In this document: piece by piece, positions 41,241 to 55,247 of the stretch
Layout of the letters: the number at the start of each line of letters is the position of its first letter
How positions within the stretch are numbered: the stretch's first letter is position 1
Assembly: GCA_951406725.2 (NCBI GenBank)
Contig: OX597815.1
Span: 19,716,001 to 19,780,000, forward strand
Source: Octopus vulgaris
Taxonomy: Eukaryota
DNA: 64,000 bases
Direction of reading: 5' to 3'
The notes under the pieces: model-generated
The model's database searches: none
What the model was told of the DNA's origin: nothing
What the model saw: only the letters and a program-made list of their open reading frames with translations
Made by a program: the position numbers and the translations under genes

Positions 41241-41619
41241 GTATGTATTCATATACAAACATATGTGTGTCTGTGTGTATTTGAACAAATAAGAAATTCA
41301 GTTCATCGTAGCAGTCTTAGAAGAGACGTAAAAACAGCAACATTCGGACAGATGTTTCCCAATGCTCCCCCAAACAATTATTCTTTAAGAAATTTTCATG
41401 TCTTTTTTTTTTTCATTTTCTCTCTTTTTCAATTTTGTTTTTCCTTTAAATACATATTTGTTCACATCACTTCATTTCTACAATAATTACCGACATTCAT
41501 CGAAACACACACACACTCACACACACATTCACGAACACGTACACAAACACAGTCATACGTTCTTTTGTCATGAGAAAGAGAACATTTCTTTTCAACAATT
41601 TTTATTAATATCATCATCA

Positions 41620-41678
<59 letters not shown>

Positions 41679-42429
41679 TCTGCTTTAGTAATCAAGCATT
41701 TCGTTCTTAAAGAAATAATATATTCTAGCTAAATTTGAAATCTATTTACTTATAATCTTTAAATTGATTGTGAGTGATTGTAAAAGTAACTATAGATAGA
41801 TGGAGCGTAATCTGATATACTGAGCATCAATTATGTACACATAATAACAGACTCGAAACATATGCATTTTACAAACGAAATTCAATACATGAAAAACAAT
41901 TTATAGCAACCGCAAATGTCTGCTATTGTAAAACAAACGTTTACGACATTATAGTTTGCTGTCGAAAATGTCGAACAGAATAAACCTCACGCTAGTACAC
42001 TTTATCTCTATTTTAGCCTGAGCCTTCCGTTCATCTTTTGGCCTAGATCAGCATTGTGATACAAAGTGAAGCTCATATCTCAGGTGTTATATGTAATTTG
42101 TAGTTTTGCATCTAGTAACTGCTACATTAGCAGTCCCTATATATTAAACAATGTCCGTCGTTGTTAATAGTTTGTTATAACACTTTACCGCTGTCCGTAA
42201 TACCTGAGATGGGATTAGTAAGTGGTGCAGTTTCCATTAAGCAACGATGAGAATATTTTAGCACGAAAACCGACGTTCTTGTGTGTGATAGCGATATGTA
42301 TAAAAACGTAGACAGACTGACAGAAAAGGAAGCGTATTGGAGTAACTATTTTGTGGAATGTAACAGTTTCCTTTAAAATCCAGAGTTTAAATTCCAATAC
42401 GGCTAGTCTCGCCTCTCATCAATCCTAAT

Positions 42430-42965
42430 ATATTAACGTCAGTTCAATGGAGAGTAAGCTGCCCCTACAACTGGTGATCTTACACTAGGCACAAAGACAC
42501 CAGCTCGGCCTTGCTGTTGCAGGCAAAGCGTTTGGTGTCTTTCAGAACCGCACCCCATATATGGTATTGCAATCAAGGGTACTAGGAGGCCAGAAGCGGG
42601 GCTAGTGGAGTCGTAGAAATTTCCGACAGCCACTTCTGTCTCGTTTCGGATGTATGCCAGAGAACCGAATCCTACTGCCATAAATATGCCAGCAACCCTT
42701 TCCAGCAGCAACCCGTTACAGTCTCCATTATCTTCACATTGTAGTCTGAATTGAGCTTATGCATTGTTTAAAGGTTTGGGGATGAACACCAGCGTACGAA
42801 CGCAATCAGAATGACTATCGTATCCTTTCTTGCCGGTCATGGCTTCGAAGTGCCCATGTCATGTTAGTCCCTACGGTGTTCACAGAGCATTGTGGGTTAA
42901 TCATTATGTCGGCGTTTTTTATACTCAGCGCCAATCATAATGTTAATCTTTCATGTCAGCTAACT
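42430..42965 (+). mobile_element. Decayed RTE-clade LINE ORF 3' fragment
   Basis: Across frameshifts: DLTLGTKTPAR-AVAGKAFGVFQNR, YGIAIKGT, MPENRI, LCRRF; these match RTE C-terminal motifs (RI.KA..AFG.L..R, RMP..RIPK, terminal C..R.F). Confidence 0.55.
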
Positions 42966-43367
42966 TTCTCTCAACCACAACCTTAATTTTTATGTTCTCC
43001 AATGTCATTGACTGTTCACCAGGGTGTTTCCGAAAACAAGAGGTATAAAACGTCGCCTAATTTAGCCCGAACACCTTACACACATATGCACACACACACA
43101 CACACACATACACACACATACACACACACATACACACAAGCACGCACACACCCATATACATACACATATATATAAATATAAGATACAAGGATCGAGGTGT
43201 AGGAAGAAAGTTAGTTTCAAGCAATCCGTTGTAAATATGAAAAACAACTTTTAGGGACAATTGTGGTTTATTGAGACGCGAGCACACATACATATGATAT
43301 ATGTGTGTTGTTTATGCGAGTTCGATTTTTTACATACCTCGAGCTGGTTGCTTCTAATTCATATATG

Positions 43368-43420
<53 letters not shown>

Positions 43421-43424
<4 letters not shown>

Positions 43425-43543
43425 GTTTACATATTTGTTGTGCAAGATTTTTTATGTGAAGTTGTGTGTTGAAACAGATATTGTTATATTTCGGAATGGT
43501 CATTTATTGGTTAAACTGGCAAAATGACCATTCCGAAATATAT

Positions 43544-43550
<7 letters not shown>
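43421..43550. repeat. Short foldback element in (TA)n
   Basis: 28-bp arms 43478-43505 / 43522-43549 (ATATTGTTATATTTCGGAATGGTCATTT), 1 mismatch. Confidence 0.8.
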
Positions 43551-43588
<38 letters not shown>

Positions 43589-43601
43589 AGTGGCTGTGTA
43601 T

Positions 43602-44007
43602 AGGCACAGGAGGGGCTGTGTGGTAAGTAGCTTGCTTACCAACCACATGGTTGCGGGTTCAGTCCCACTGCGTGGCAAATTGGGCAAGTGTCTTCTACTA
43701 TAGCCTCGGGCCGACCAAAGCCTTGTGAGTGGATTTGGTAGACGGAAACCGAAAGAAGCCTGTCGTATATATGTATATATGTGTGTATGTGTGTGTGTGT
43801 GTCTGTGTTTGTCCCCCTAGCATTACTTGACAACCGATGCTGGTGTGTTTATGTCCCCGTCACTTAGCGGTTCGGCAAAAGAGACCGATAGAATAAGTAC
43901 TGGACTTACAAAGAATAAGTTCCGGGGTCGAGTTGCTCGATTAAAGGCGGCGCTCCAGCATGACCGCAGTCAAAATGACTGAAACAAGTAAAAGAGTAAA
44001 GAGAGTA
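43602..44007 (+). mobile_element. SINE family A, full length
   Basis: Near-identical to 10063-10480; short duplicated head at 43586-43600. Confidence 0.9.
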
Positions 44008-44633
44008 TACCATATACATATACGTCATACGCATATAGGCTATATTGTGCTAAGAGTCTGCCCACGTCTGTGTCCATGTCACAATTATTCCAACGCGCCG
44101 TACGCCGTCTTCCATTACTCGAGCTTCTATAAGTTACAGGAAAAGAGTATACCAGCGTATTATGCATATTTGGATAAACTGAATTTCAGGAAGGTTTTTT
44201 TTCTTAATATCCCAGAATATGAACTCAATCCAATTCTAGATATCTGCTTTGAGGAAAAAGGTATGGTTGAGGAAGAAATAATTGCACTGTAAAATTACAT
44301 TGAGCTGAGACCAATGGTTTTTTTTTAATCATATAACGATTTTTTGTTATGACAAACCATTTTTGCCGCTGCTGTGCACTCTGGAATGAAGTCAAGATGT
44401 ATTTCATTGCTTTTCCAACCATCATAGTTAGTACGCAGAAGCCTGAGCGCAGTAGCCTGTTTATTTTCTATTCAAGGACATGAACAATATTACTGGACGT
44501 AGTTATCTAGATGTTTGTGTTTGTACCTTCCTGCGTGATGTTGAGAAGCTGGTATCCATGCACTAAGAACATCCATCTCCATTAACACCATGACGACACT
44601 ATAGTTATTGATAAGATATATATTTACCCTTTT

Positions 44634-44917
44634 CCGTATTTCGTCTGCCGTTACGTTCTAAGTTCAAATTCCACCGAGGTCGACTAAGGCGGCGAGCTGG
44701 CAGAAACGTCAGCACGCCGGGCGAAATGCGTGGCCGTATTTCGTCTGCCGTTACGTTCTGAGTTCAAATTCCGCCGAGGTCGACTTTGCCTTTCAACCTT
44801 TCGGGGTCGATAAATTAAGTACCAGTTGCGCACTGGGGTCGATGTAATCGACTTAATCCCTTTGTCTGTCCTTGTTTGTCCTCTCTGTGTTTAGCCCCTT
44901 GTGGGTAGTAAAGAAAT
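44634..44917 (+). mobile_element. SINE family B with an extra 5' internal fragment, 18-bp TSD
   Basis: TSD ATATATATTTACCCTTTT at 44616-44633 and 44918-44935; fragment 44634-44685 followed by a full copy. Confidence 0.9.
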
Positions 44918-45660
44918 ATATATATTTACCCTTTTTATATTAGTAAATAGGTTTATTTTACCAAAGTTGTAGTTGTGGCATACAAGTCTTGTTTATAGGG
45001 TTATATTAGCTGTTGCTTTAAATTGACGGTGGACCTAAAACCAAGAAAAAGTTATCTGCTCATTCTATGTGTATGAGGAGACGCTAGGTGTGATCTAAAA
45101 ATCAATGGTGGCATCTTGAAAACGTTTAAGAACAAGTTTTAAATCGATGCCGTTAAATGGTTGTGCCTTTGCCAAAACAATTAATGGCAGTGCCATCATG
45201 CTCAACGAATCTCTACGTTTCTTCCCAATCTTCATACCTTTAACCCAGACCTTTTGAACTTCTCAGCCGGTTTTATTATTTAGGGTATTTTTCTCTTAAT
45301 TTTACTCTAGAATGTTTGGAATTTCAAATGATTCTGTCTTTTGTTTCTAGTTGCTGTGTTTTTTTTCTCTCTTTTCGGTTTTTGTTTTCGTCCATATCTA
45401 AACTTCTGTGGTACTTCAGTATAATTTTAGTTTATATCGATTTTTGTCCTTTTTTTGTGTGTGTGTGTTTCTTCCTTATATTATGTACTGACACAAAAAA
45501 TATTTTAACGAATTAAAATTACACCTCTGCTGAAGAGTAAAGTTATGAGCTTTAATGAGAATTCTCATCTATAAAGGCAAGGGAGGTAACTCAAAAACCT
45601 AAAAACGATTACATAGATAGGAACAAGCAATAAGTTTTATATTTGAGAAGTACGGTGGTA

Positions 45661-45700
45661 TCTCCTTACATGTTTCAGTCTTATTAAGCATCGTCAGCGA
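45661..45700 (-). ncRNA. Degenerate hammerhead-like motif
   Basis: CUGACGA UGCUU-AAU-AAGACU GAAA CAUG UA; palindromic ACAUGU stem III; stem I poor. Confidence 0.35.
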
Positions 45701-47147
45701 ATCATTGATTTAGCTGTGCTTAAGGATGCTTTACAGAATATCTTTGAGGGTAAATTATTTACTAATAATATCATTTAAAATAATGAGCTGGGAAAATGTG
45801 TTTAGTCTACCTTTGTTACTTCTTAAGTATTTTTTCTGAAATCAATGTGTTTATTTTATAAAAGCTCGCTATTTTAATTAAAAACTTTTCCTTTGTATAT
45901 ATGATACGTATGTATGGTATATATATATATACATACACACATCAGATTTGGGTCAGTAGTTTCAGATTGTAGTGAATAGTTGCCTAGTTTTTCTATTTTG
46001 AGACATGAGTCCATTCAAATTCTAACCTACGTTGAGGCTATAGTTCATAATTGGCATAGTTGTTGTAGTTATACATGCAATCTATTTCTGTCATTCTGTC
46101 CTGTTCTGTTATAAAACGATTCAGTCAAACGAAATAGCGTATTACTAATTTTTTCTTTCCTTTCTTATGCAACGCCTTATATATTCCATCAAATCCTTAT
46201 ATGCACACTATGTTTGCTCTTCTGATATAAGTGTCTGGAACAAACTTGATTTTTTCAAATTGATTTACCTCCCTTTTAGAATAATTTTGAGACGTTTATC
46301 TAATCCTCACTGATTTTGATATCACTGACGAATCCTGTACGTTTTTTAATAGGTTCTCTATATTTGTGAATTTCATATCACCATAGTTGTAAACACTAGT
46401 GGTATTATCCAATAGATTTTGTTAGCGGACTCAAAGCTAGACAGGAGAGGAGAGATAAGAAATGGGTTATGTTCTTTTCTTATTATCTTCTGTTTGATTT
46501 TAATCTTATTAATGATTTCTATTGTCCCATGTCTACATTGGCATATATTATCTTAATATTGAGATTGCTCTATTTGAGTGGTGTACACACTGCGATGCCT
46601 TATCACATCTATATTAAGTTTTGCATTTGTGGAAATAATTCCTGAAAATAATCCCTGGGGTGCCTTATTGCATTTGGACTTACCGTTTCTTCTACGATGT
46701 TATAATTAACATTGTTCTAGTTTCATTATTCTTTGTTATTATTCTATTGTTATGCGTACACACACACACATACACTCACATACCTTTGTCTTAGCTCCGA
46801 ATTCGAATGGTTTCTGAGGTGAGGCGCTCACATCGTCCTCATTCTCATTCAGATATTCTTACTATATTCTTAATCTATCTACAACGACTCGTCCCCTTTC
46901 GTATGTGATCGGTTCGGTTCTGCTATTTTCATTGTGTTGCAAAATTTCTTCTTTATGCATAGTCATACACGTTGAGTTGTTTTTATGTCTTCGAGGGCTC
47001 ATCATTCATGTGTGCGACTGGTTATTATTTCATTTCCAGTGTGTATTTTCTGTAGGAGTTGTTCTATTTCTCATTCTCGGATCGTTTTTATTGTTTATGA
47101 ATCTCCGTCCGTTCGTTAACGTATTGATTTTATTTTTGTCCTCCATT

Positions 47148-47216
<69 letters not shown>

Positions 47217-47958
47217 ACACCTCAAACGTCATTTTTATGGTGTTAATGTGTGTTTGGTGTAATATGGCTCTGTAGTTTCCGTGTAAAACTTCTAAGCACT
47301 GTTCTTTAATTCACCGCTCCTTTGTAGTATCTGTTTATTTCGATGGACGAAGGCAGTAAAAAAAAAAGGCCTTTTTCATGGAGACTAACCTTTTCAGAGG
47401 ACAATGCTTCTATCTTTTGTATTACATGAGCTTCATAATTTCATCGCATTTGATTCACATAACGACACTCCTCACACAACCTGGTCTAGCATAGCAGCTA
47501 CTATTTGCATTGCTGTTTTTTATTATTGGTCATGGTTGAAATAAATTGTGTAGCGTTGGTTTTGTTTTAGGTTGGTTGTTTTGATTTGTTTGTTTAAATT
47601 CTTGTTGAGGCTAACATTAATCTATGCAGAAATTTATCATGAAAAAAAAAAGTGAGAGATTATTGTCATTCAATTAATAATGCTGAGCAATTAATTTCTA
47701 ATCAACTGATTATTTATACAGAATATATGGCAATTATAAACATAAGCATAACACACCAGAAATATGACAAGGTAACCACTTCGAAAAAGTTTTCGTTCTA
47801 TTTTGTTGCAAACGACGTCAGAGTGGCAGACACCAGAGACAGACAAACAGATTAATTGATTGTTGCCTTACTTTAGCTACAGAATTTCTTCAGTAAAACT
47901 CGGCATGAATTCAAATACCACCAGCTTCAACGTTATCATGTGAGGGTGCGTGTATATT

Positions 47959-48012
<54 letters not shown>

Positions 48013-48107
48013 GTGATGAAGGTGAAATAAGAAGTGATGTTATCAAACAAACCAGATAACGTGCTTCAGTTGCGTGGTTCGTGAATCGGAATTCACAAAT
48101 CTATGTT

Positions 48108-48236
<129 letters not shown>

Positions 48237-48392
48237 ATATGTGTGAGTGCGCGTGTGAAAGTGTATACATATATAGTCATACACACATACAAACACACAC
48301 ACTCACACACACACATATATATATGTATATGTATCTATGTATCTATGTATTTATGACTGTATGTATCTGCACTCATTCACATGCACACAGAT

Positions 48393-48429
<37 letters not shown>

Positions 48430-48514
48430 TAGATGTGTGTATGTATATCTATATGTATGTTTATATGTTTACTCGGGTGCACATATGTACGTCTATGCAT
48501 GTGAATATGCATAA

Positions 48515-48860
48515 GCATGGCTCCGTGGTTAAAAAGTAGCTTCGGTTTCATTCCCACTGCTCACCAGTTTATGCAAGTGACTTATATTTTCCTGGGTTCG
48601 CCACAGCCCCATGATTAAATTTCGTGACAAAGTTCGTCGTATTCGTTTTTATCTCTGGGTTAAGTGCATATTTTTGTTTATCCAACTAAAACCACTTGCC
48701 AGCGGGTGCTATTTTGTTTCTGTCACTGTAACTTAGCTGTTCGTCAAAAAGAGCCGATAGTACCAGAGGCTAAATATATGATCTGTGATCCTTTTCCCTA
48801 CTAAGATGGTTCTCCATCGTGGTCATAGTTCATTGAATGAGTGAAGAGGTAAAATGGTAA
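48515..48860 (+). mobile_element. Old, diverged SINE family A relative
   Basis: Colinear decayed matches (TCCCACTGC, GCAAGTG, AACTTAGCTGTTCG.CAAAA.GAGCCGATAG). Confidence 0.55.
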
Positions 48861-48899
48861 ACAACACACACACACACATACATACACACACACATACAA

Positions 48900-48964
<65 letters not shown>

Positions 48965-49069
48965 GCTGGGTATATGTCGCTGGGTAAAAGGGCTTGGTAA
49001 AAGCTCAACCACAACCGAGAAGGGAACCTTTTCTCCACCTGATCATTTTTTTAATTTTGTGTGTGTGTG

Positions 49070-50077
<1,008 letters not shown>

Positions 50078-50079
50078 CC

Positions 50080-50612
50080 TAGTGGGATTGCAAAGGAGTA
50101 ATTCACTTTGAATTGTTACCACCTAATGCAACAATCAATGCTCAAGCCTACTCTCAGCAATTAGAGCGTTTGAACCAAGCTTTGAAGAAGAAAAAATGAT
50201 CCGCTTTAGTGAATCGAAAAGGAGTGCTGTTTCATCAGGACAATGCGCGATCCCACTCTGCAAAGATCACATCACAGAAGATCGAAGAGCTTGGTTGGGA
50301 AAATAATTCCTCATCCACCTTATTCTCCTGACTTTGCGCCTTCAGACTACCATTTGTTTCGTAGTTCACAGAATCATTTGGGGGGACATAAATTTCGCAA
50401 GCCATGAGGAGGTCGAAACTGACATTTCAGGGTTCTTCGCTTTGAAACCAAAAGAGTTTCACATTGATGGGATTAAAAAGCTTGTAAATAGATGGAAGGA
50501 AGTCATAGATAATTAGGGAAAGTACATTGATGATTAACTTTCAATCAAATATAGCATTTGATCACTTGTTTTCTTTATTCAAAATTAGGACAAAACTTAT
50601 GAGTTGACCTGA
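50080..50612 (+). mobile_element. mariner transposon 3' remnant (transposase pseudogene plus right TIR)
   Basis: WDCKGVIHFELLPPNATINA...KGVLFHQDNARSH...HPPYSPDFAPSDYHLFRS (DD34D-type motifs) with frameshifts and stops; ends ...GAGTTGACCTGA|TA. Confidence 0.9.
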
Positions 50613-50972
50613 TATATATATATATATATATATATTGTGTGTTTGTGTGTGTGTGTATTTATATGTGTGTATATATATGGCTATTATATATATATATATA
50701 TATATACATATATACATGTATATGTATATGTATATATGTATATATATATATATGTATATGCATATATATGTGTATATATATGTATATGCATATATATGTG
50801 TATATATATGTATATATGTATATATATATGTATATATATATATATATATATGTGTGTGTATATATATGTATATATATATATACTTTGATACTTTGATACT
50901 TTGATAGGTTTCGGCCATTATTGGCCCAGGCCATGTCTAACTTAATAGCACCACCTGGTGAAGTCTTTCAAG

Positions 50973-53266
50973 TCAGAATTTGGGCACTATGGCCCACTCA
51001 AGTAGAGAGTTATTGTTTACAGAGACATATCCGGGTGTAGGGGGTTTATCCGGGATTTCTTGAAGGAATCTGTCCAAAGACTTCTTGAACCCTATAGGGT
51101 CAGTTTCTGTTTTAATGTGTTTTGGTGTAATGTTAAAGAGAGCGGGGCCAATTGAGGTGAAATAATTGTGCCGTATTGTTGTTATGAGATGAGAGTGCGA
51201 TTTTTGTTTTGGGCGGATGGCACGGGGCCCAAGCCTTGGATGTACCTTAAAGGTGATGCCAACATCATTTGGGCAATGCTGATGGAATATTTTCCACATC
51301 ATGCAGATGATGTAGCGCTCACGACGACGTTGGAGAGAATAGAGTTTTAGCTTTTCTAGTCGACCCCAATAGTCGAGGCCTGTCATGCCATCTATCTTTT
51401 TTGTGATTGCCCTTTGAGGTGCTTCGACTTTTTTGATACCTTGTATTGTGTGGGGAGACCACAGTGGACAACAGTATTCAAGGTGGGGTCGGGCAAAAGT
51501 GGAGAAGAGAAGGATAATGGTGTGGATATCTCTCGACTGGAAAGTTCTGAGAATCCAGGAACACATTCTGCGGGCCATGTCAACTTTGGTGTTTATATGA
51601 GTGGCCCAGCTTACGTTGTTGTCCACAATTACTCCCAAGTCTCTGATGTTGTTGGACGCCGCGAGAGTTTCACCTGAAGGAAGGGAGTATGGGAGTTTCA
51701 GGGCATCCTCTTTTCCAAAGTGGATTAGCTCAAATTTATCCTCGTTCAGCAGCATATTGTTTTTTTCTGCCCATTGGATAACAGCCAGTAGATCTGACTG
51801 AAGGCATGTCCGGTCACTCGCCTCATTTATGACCTTCTGTAGCTTGGAGTCATCTGCAAAGATTTTTATGTTGCTGTGCTTGATGATGTCATTAATGTCA
51901 TTAATGTAAATGATGAAAAGAAGTGGGCCCAGCACAGTGCCTTGCGGAACGCCACTACTGACTTTGGCTGGGCTTGATTTTACCCCTTCAACTACAACAT
52001 GTTGAGATCTGTCTGTCAGGAAACACTTAATCCATTTCAGTAACTTTCCAGAGACACCAATGTTGGATAGTTTTTTCAATAGGATCTTGTGATCGACCCT
52101 GTCGAAGGCCTTACTGAAATCAAGGTAGATGACATCGGTGTTGGAGCCCTCTCCCAAAGCTCTCAAAATGTCCTCAAAGTGATGCAGGAGCTGCGTTAGG
52201 CAGTCCCTTCCATTACGGAACCCATGTTGGTTGGAGATCAGCCGTCTGTTGCTTTCCAGAAATTGGGTTATTTGAGATCTCACCACCCTCTCAAATACCT
52301 TGATGATATGAGAGGTGAGTGAGATCGGACGGTAATTCACTGCAAGGGACTTGTTTCCCTTTTTGAAAACTGGGACAACAGACTGGGACAGAAGGTTTTT
52401 TGGAATATAGCCAGCATCCAGTGAGTTTCTCCACAGATTAGCAAGGGGAGATGCAAGTTGGTGTCGACACACCTTCAGGACACAAGCAGGGAACCTATCG
52501 GGGCCTACTGCTGAATTGTGTTTTATTTCGTTTATCGCCGCTAAGACATCAGGGGCACTAAACGTTATGTCCGATATAGTGTGTTGGGGGTTGACATCAC
52601 TGATACAGCCCAGATCGGCCATATCAGGATTGCTGAAAACAGAGCAGTATTGTTTCTGCAGTATCTCGGCCATGGATTTGGCATTATCTTGGAGAGTGCC
52701 AGTTTCGTCAATTAGAGGGCCTACAGTGGAGACAGTGACCCTGCGTTTCCTCGCAAATGAAAAGAACACTTTGGGGTTGAGTTTGATTTTTTCAATGGCC
52801 CACTTCTCCTCAGCTGATCTTTGGTTATTGATGAGGGACTTCATGCATTGTTGGAGGTTATATTTTTTGGATTCAAGCAGTGCGATAGCCGTCGAATGTG
52901 TGTGTTGCTGTTGGCAGTACTTTAGTTTGTTAATTTTTTTGTTTGTTCTTTTTATTTTTCTGATAATGGTTTTTCTGTTTTGGGGGATTCTGCACTTTTT
53001 GTTCACAGGTCTTGGTGGGGAGTGTTTTGCACATATGTCTGTGACGGTGTCTACAAAGATCTGCCAAGATGTTTTATGGTTGGTGGAGATGTGTGTATGT
53101 GTAAAGGACCAGTCAACATTTGATAGCTCGTTCCTGATTGCATCCCAGTTGGCTTTATGGAGATCCATGTTGTCAAATGGGTGGGCTGGAGGAAGGTCAC
53201 TAGGATTAGCTTTCGGCTGGTGGAATTTCATGTTACAGAGAACCATGTCATGGTCTGAAAGAAGGG
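50973..53266 (-). CDS. LINE ORF2, reverse transcriptase part
   Basis: GPD, YRPISLTS, QHGFR, YLDFSKAFD, GVPQGTVLGPLLF, FADD, RDLGV motifs; open for more than 757 aa. Confidence 0.95.
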
Positions 53267-54091
53267 TTTTTCCACTGTAACGTTATGTATAGTGTTAGTG
53301 TGGTTACTAAACACTAGGTCCAAAATGTTCTGATGTCTTGTTGGTGCAAGGACAAGTTGGGACAAGAAAAACTCATTCGTAAAGTCGAAAAGTGACTCTG
53401 CTGCTTCTTTGTCAGCGGTTGAGGCGGGAGTGCTTGGTTTCAAACAGTTTGTAGTCCAGTCAACACAGGGTAGATTGAAGTCTCCCATCATGAGTATGTT
53501 GCTAGAATGGCACTGTTGAATAAAGCACTTAATGCTGTTGAGGCATTCTTTAAAGCACAGTATGGGTGTTTGGGGCGGCCTATAGAGCCCAATTACTGTC
53601 AGATCATTGGCTTTGTTGTGCACGGTGACTGATTCACAGTAGCCGTTGGAGAATATACTATTTCCATCTGCCGTAAATGAATCATGCAGGAAAATGGCAG
53701 TTCCACCCTTCCTCCTGCCGATACGATCCGCGCGGATGGTTGTGAAATTCTTCACTCTCACTTCGGCTTCCAAGTGGGAGTTGTCAAGGTGGGTCTCAGT
53801 GAGAATGAAGAAAGGGATGTGGTGTGAATGGTTACCAACCCAGTCTTCAATGAATTGGACCTTCCATTTTTGTGCATTGATGGAAGGGCTGACACCTTGT
53901 GCATTGAGTAGGAATGTGGAGGTTAGTGTAGTGGCTGGTTTTGACTGTTGCAGGGGGCTTGGATTTTTTGTGTGTGTTAGTGGCAGCAATGTGGGGAATT
54001 GGTGCACTGGGGTAATAGCATAGGATGGTGTTGAGTGATGGCTAGAATGTTTTTGTGTATCTCTTTTGCCATGTTCAACATGGCTAAAAAA
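53228..54091 (-). CDS. LINE ORF2, apurinic-like endonuclease part
   Basis: LLNAQG, LTETHL, GLYRPP, MGDFNLP, LDLVF; the SDH motif is reached only by restoring one A at 53267-53271. Confidence 0.9.
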   Translation of the reverse strand, partial: FFSHVEHGKRDTQKHSSHHSTPSYAITPVHQFPTLLPLTHTKNPSPLQQSKPATTLTSTFLLNAQGVSPSINAQKWKVQFIEDWVGNHSHHIPFFILTETHLDNSHLEAEVRVKNFTTIRADRIGRRKGGTAIFLHDSFTADGNSIFSNGYCESVTVHNKANDLTVIGLYRPPQTPILCFKECLNSIKCFIQQCHSSNILMMGDFNLPCVDWTTNCLKPSTPASTADKEAAESLFDFTNEFFLSQLVLAPTRHQNILDLVFSNHTNTIHNVTVEKPFFQTMTWFSVT

Positions 54092-54180
54092 TTTTCCTGC
54101 TTAGGGAGCAGTTTTTGGCTGGAGGTGTGGTTGCACTGTTGGATAGGGTTGTAGTTTCCACTTTTTTGTTGTTGTTGTTG
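53977..54180 (-). CDS. Probable C-terminal remnant of LINE ORF1
   Basis: Open frame [10 protein letters not shown]...[19 protein letters not shown]...CCH* directly upstream of and overlapping ORF2; assignment is by position only. Confidence 0.5.
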   Translation of the reverse strand, partial: QQQQQKSGNYNPIQQCNHTSSQKLLPKQENFLAMLNMAKEIHKNILAITQHHPMLLPQCTNSPHCCH

Positions 54181-54470
54181 TATATATATGTGTATGTATA
54201 TATATATGTGTACATATATATGTATATATATATAGATATGTACATATGTATATATATATGTGTACATATATATGTATATATATATAGATATGTACATATG
54301 TATATGTATATATATTTGTATATGTATATAAATATGTGTATATGTATATGTATATATATGCATATATATGTATATGTTTATATGCATATATATGTATGTA
54401 TATATATGTATATTTATGTATACATATATGTATATATATGTATTTATATATATATATATACATATATATA

Positions 54471-54556
<86 letters not shown>

Positions 54557-54589
54557 GAAGTATATATATATGTATATATATACATTCGT

Positions 54590-54980
54590 AATATTACAGC
54601 AGCTGTGTCAGACAGCTTCTACCTGGTCGAAATACATGCTGGGTGTCAGTCAGCAAGTCATTTTCTTCCAGGAACGGGATTAGTTTCTTGCGGACTATTC
54701 GTTCCATGACTTTACTGACGCGTGAGGTCAGAGAGATAGGCCTAAAATTGTTAGCATCTGCTCTGCTTTCTTCCTTATGGATAGGGCATATTATCCCTTC
54801 CTTCAGTTTGTCTGGGAGCTTATCACTTGCAAGGAAGCTCTGGAAGAGAAGCTGCAGTGGTTTTGTAAGAGCTCTGATTTCCATGATTTGAGCAGGACCG
54901 TTGGGAACACATCGGGGCCAGCTGCTGAGTTTGTGTCAATCTCATATATGGCCAGCATTACATCTTCTTCAATGTTTCTT
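54590..54980 (-). pseudogene. Older CR1-like LINE RT fragment
   Basis: AAGPDVFP...ICPIHK...NFRPISLTS...MERIV...[15 protein letters not shown], frameshifted and diverged from the adjacent LINE. Confidence 0.85.
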
Positions 54981-55189
54981 TGGTGAGACTCAGTTTGAGA
55001 TATTGTTTAACACAACGAATCAACCGCTCCGTATTTTCATCCTGAACAACAGCTAGTTTTTCTTCATTAGGCAGCTCCAATTAATACTTGTTAATCTTCT
55101 GAAATTAATAACCGTCTAGTTTTCCTATAGCGATGCTGCCATTGATAAACCTCTTTCACTGCACTTCATCTATGTGGGTGCACCAGCCG

Positions 55190-55247
<58 letters not shown>

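Larger units (their letters stand above)
50880..54180 (-). mobile_element. 5'-truncated CR1/Jockey-group LINE inserted in TA-rich microsatellite
   Basis: ORF1 C-terminal remnant, APE+RT ORF2, ~90-bp 3' UTR ending in (ATCAAAGT)3. Confidence 0.92.

Noticed and set aside
41808-41872. CUGAUAU...GAG/CUC-GAAACAUAUGCA hammerhead-like string
   Set aside because: Core and cleavage triplet are both broken
52516-54023. Plus-strand ORFs of 254 and 125 aa
   Set aside because: Antisense shadows of the LINE ORF2
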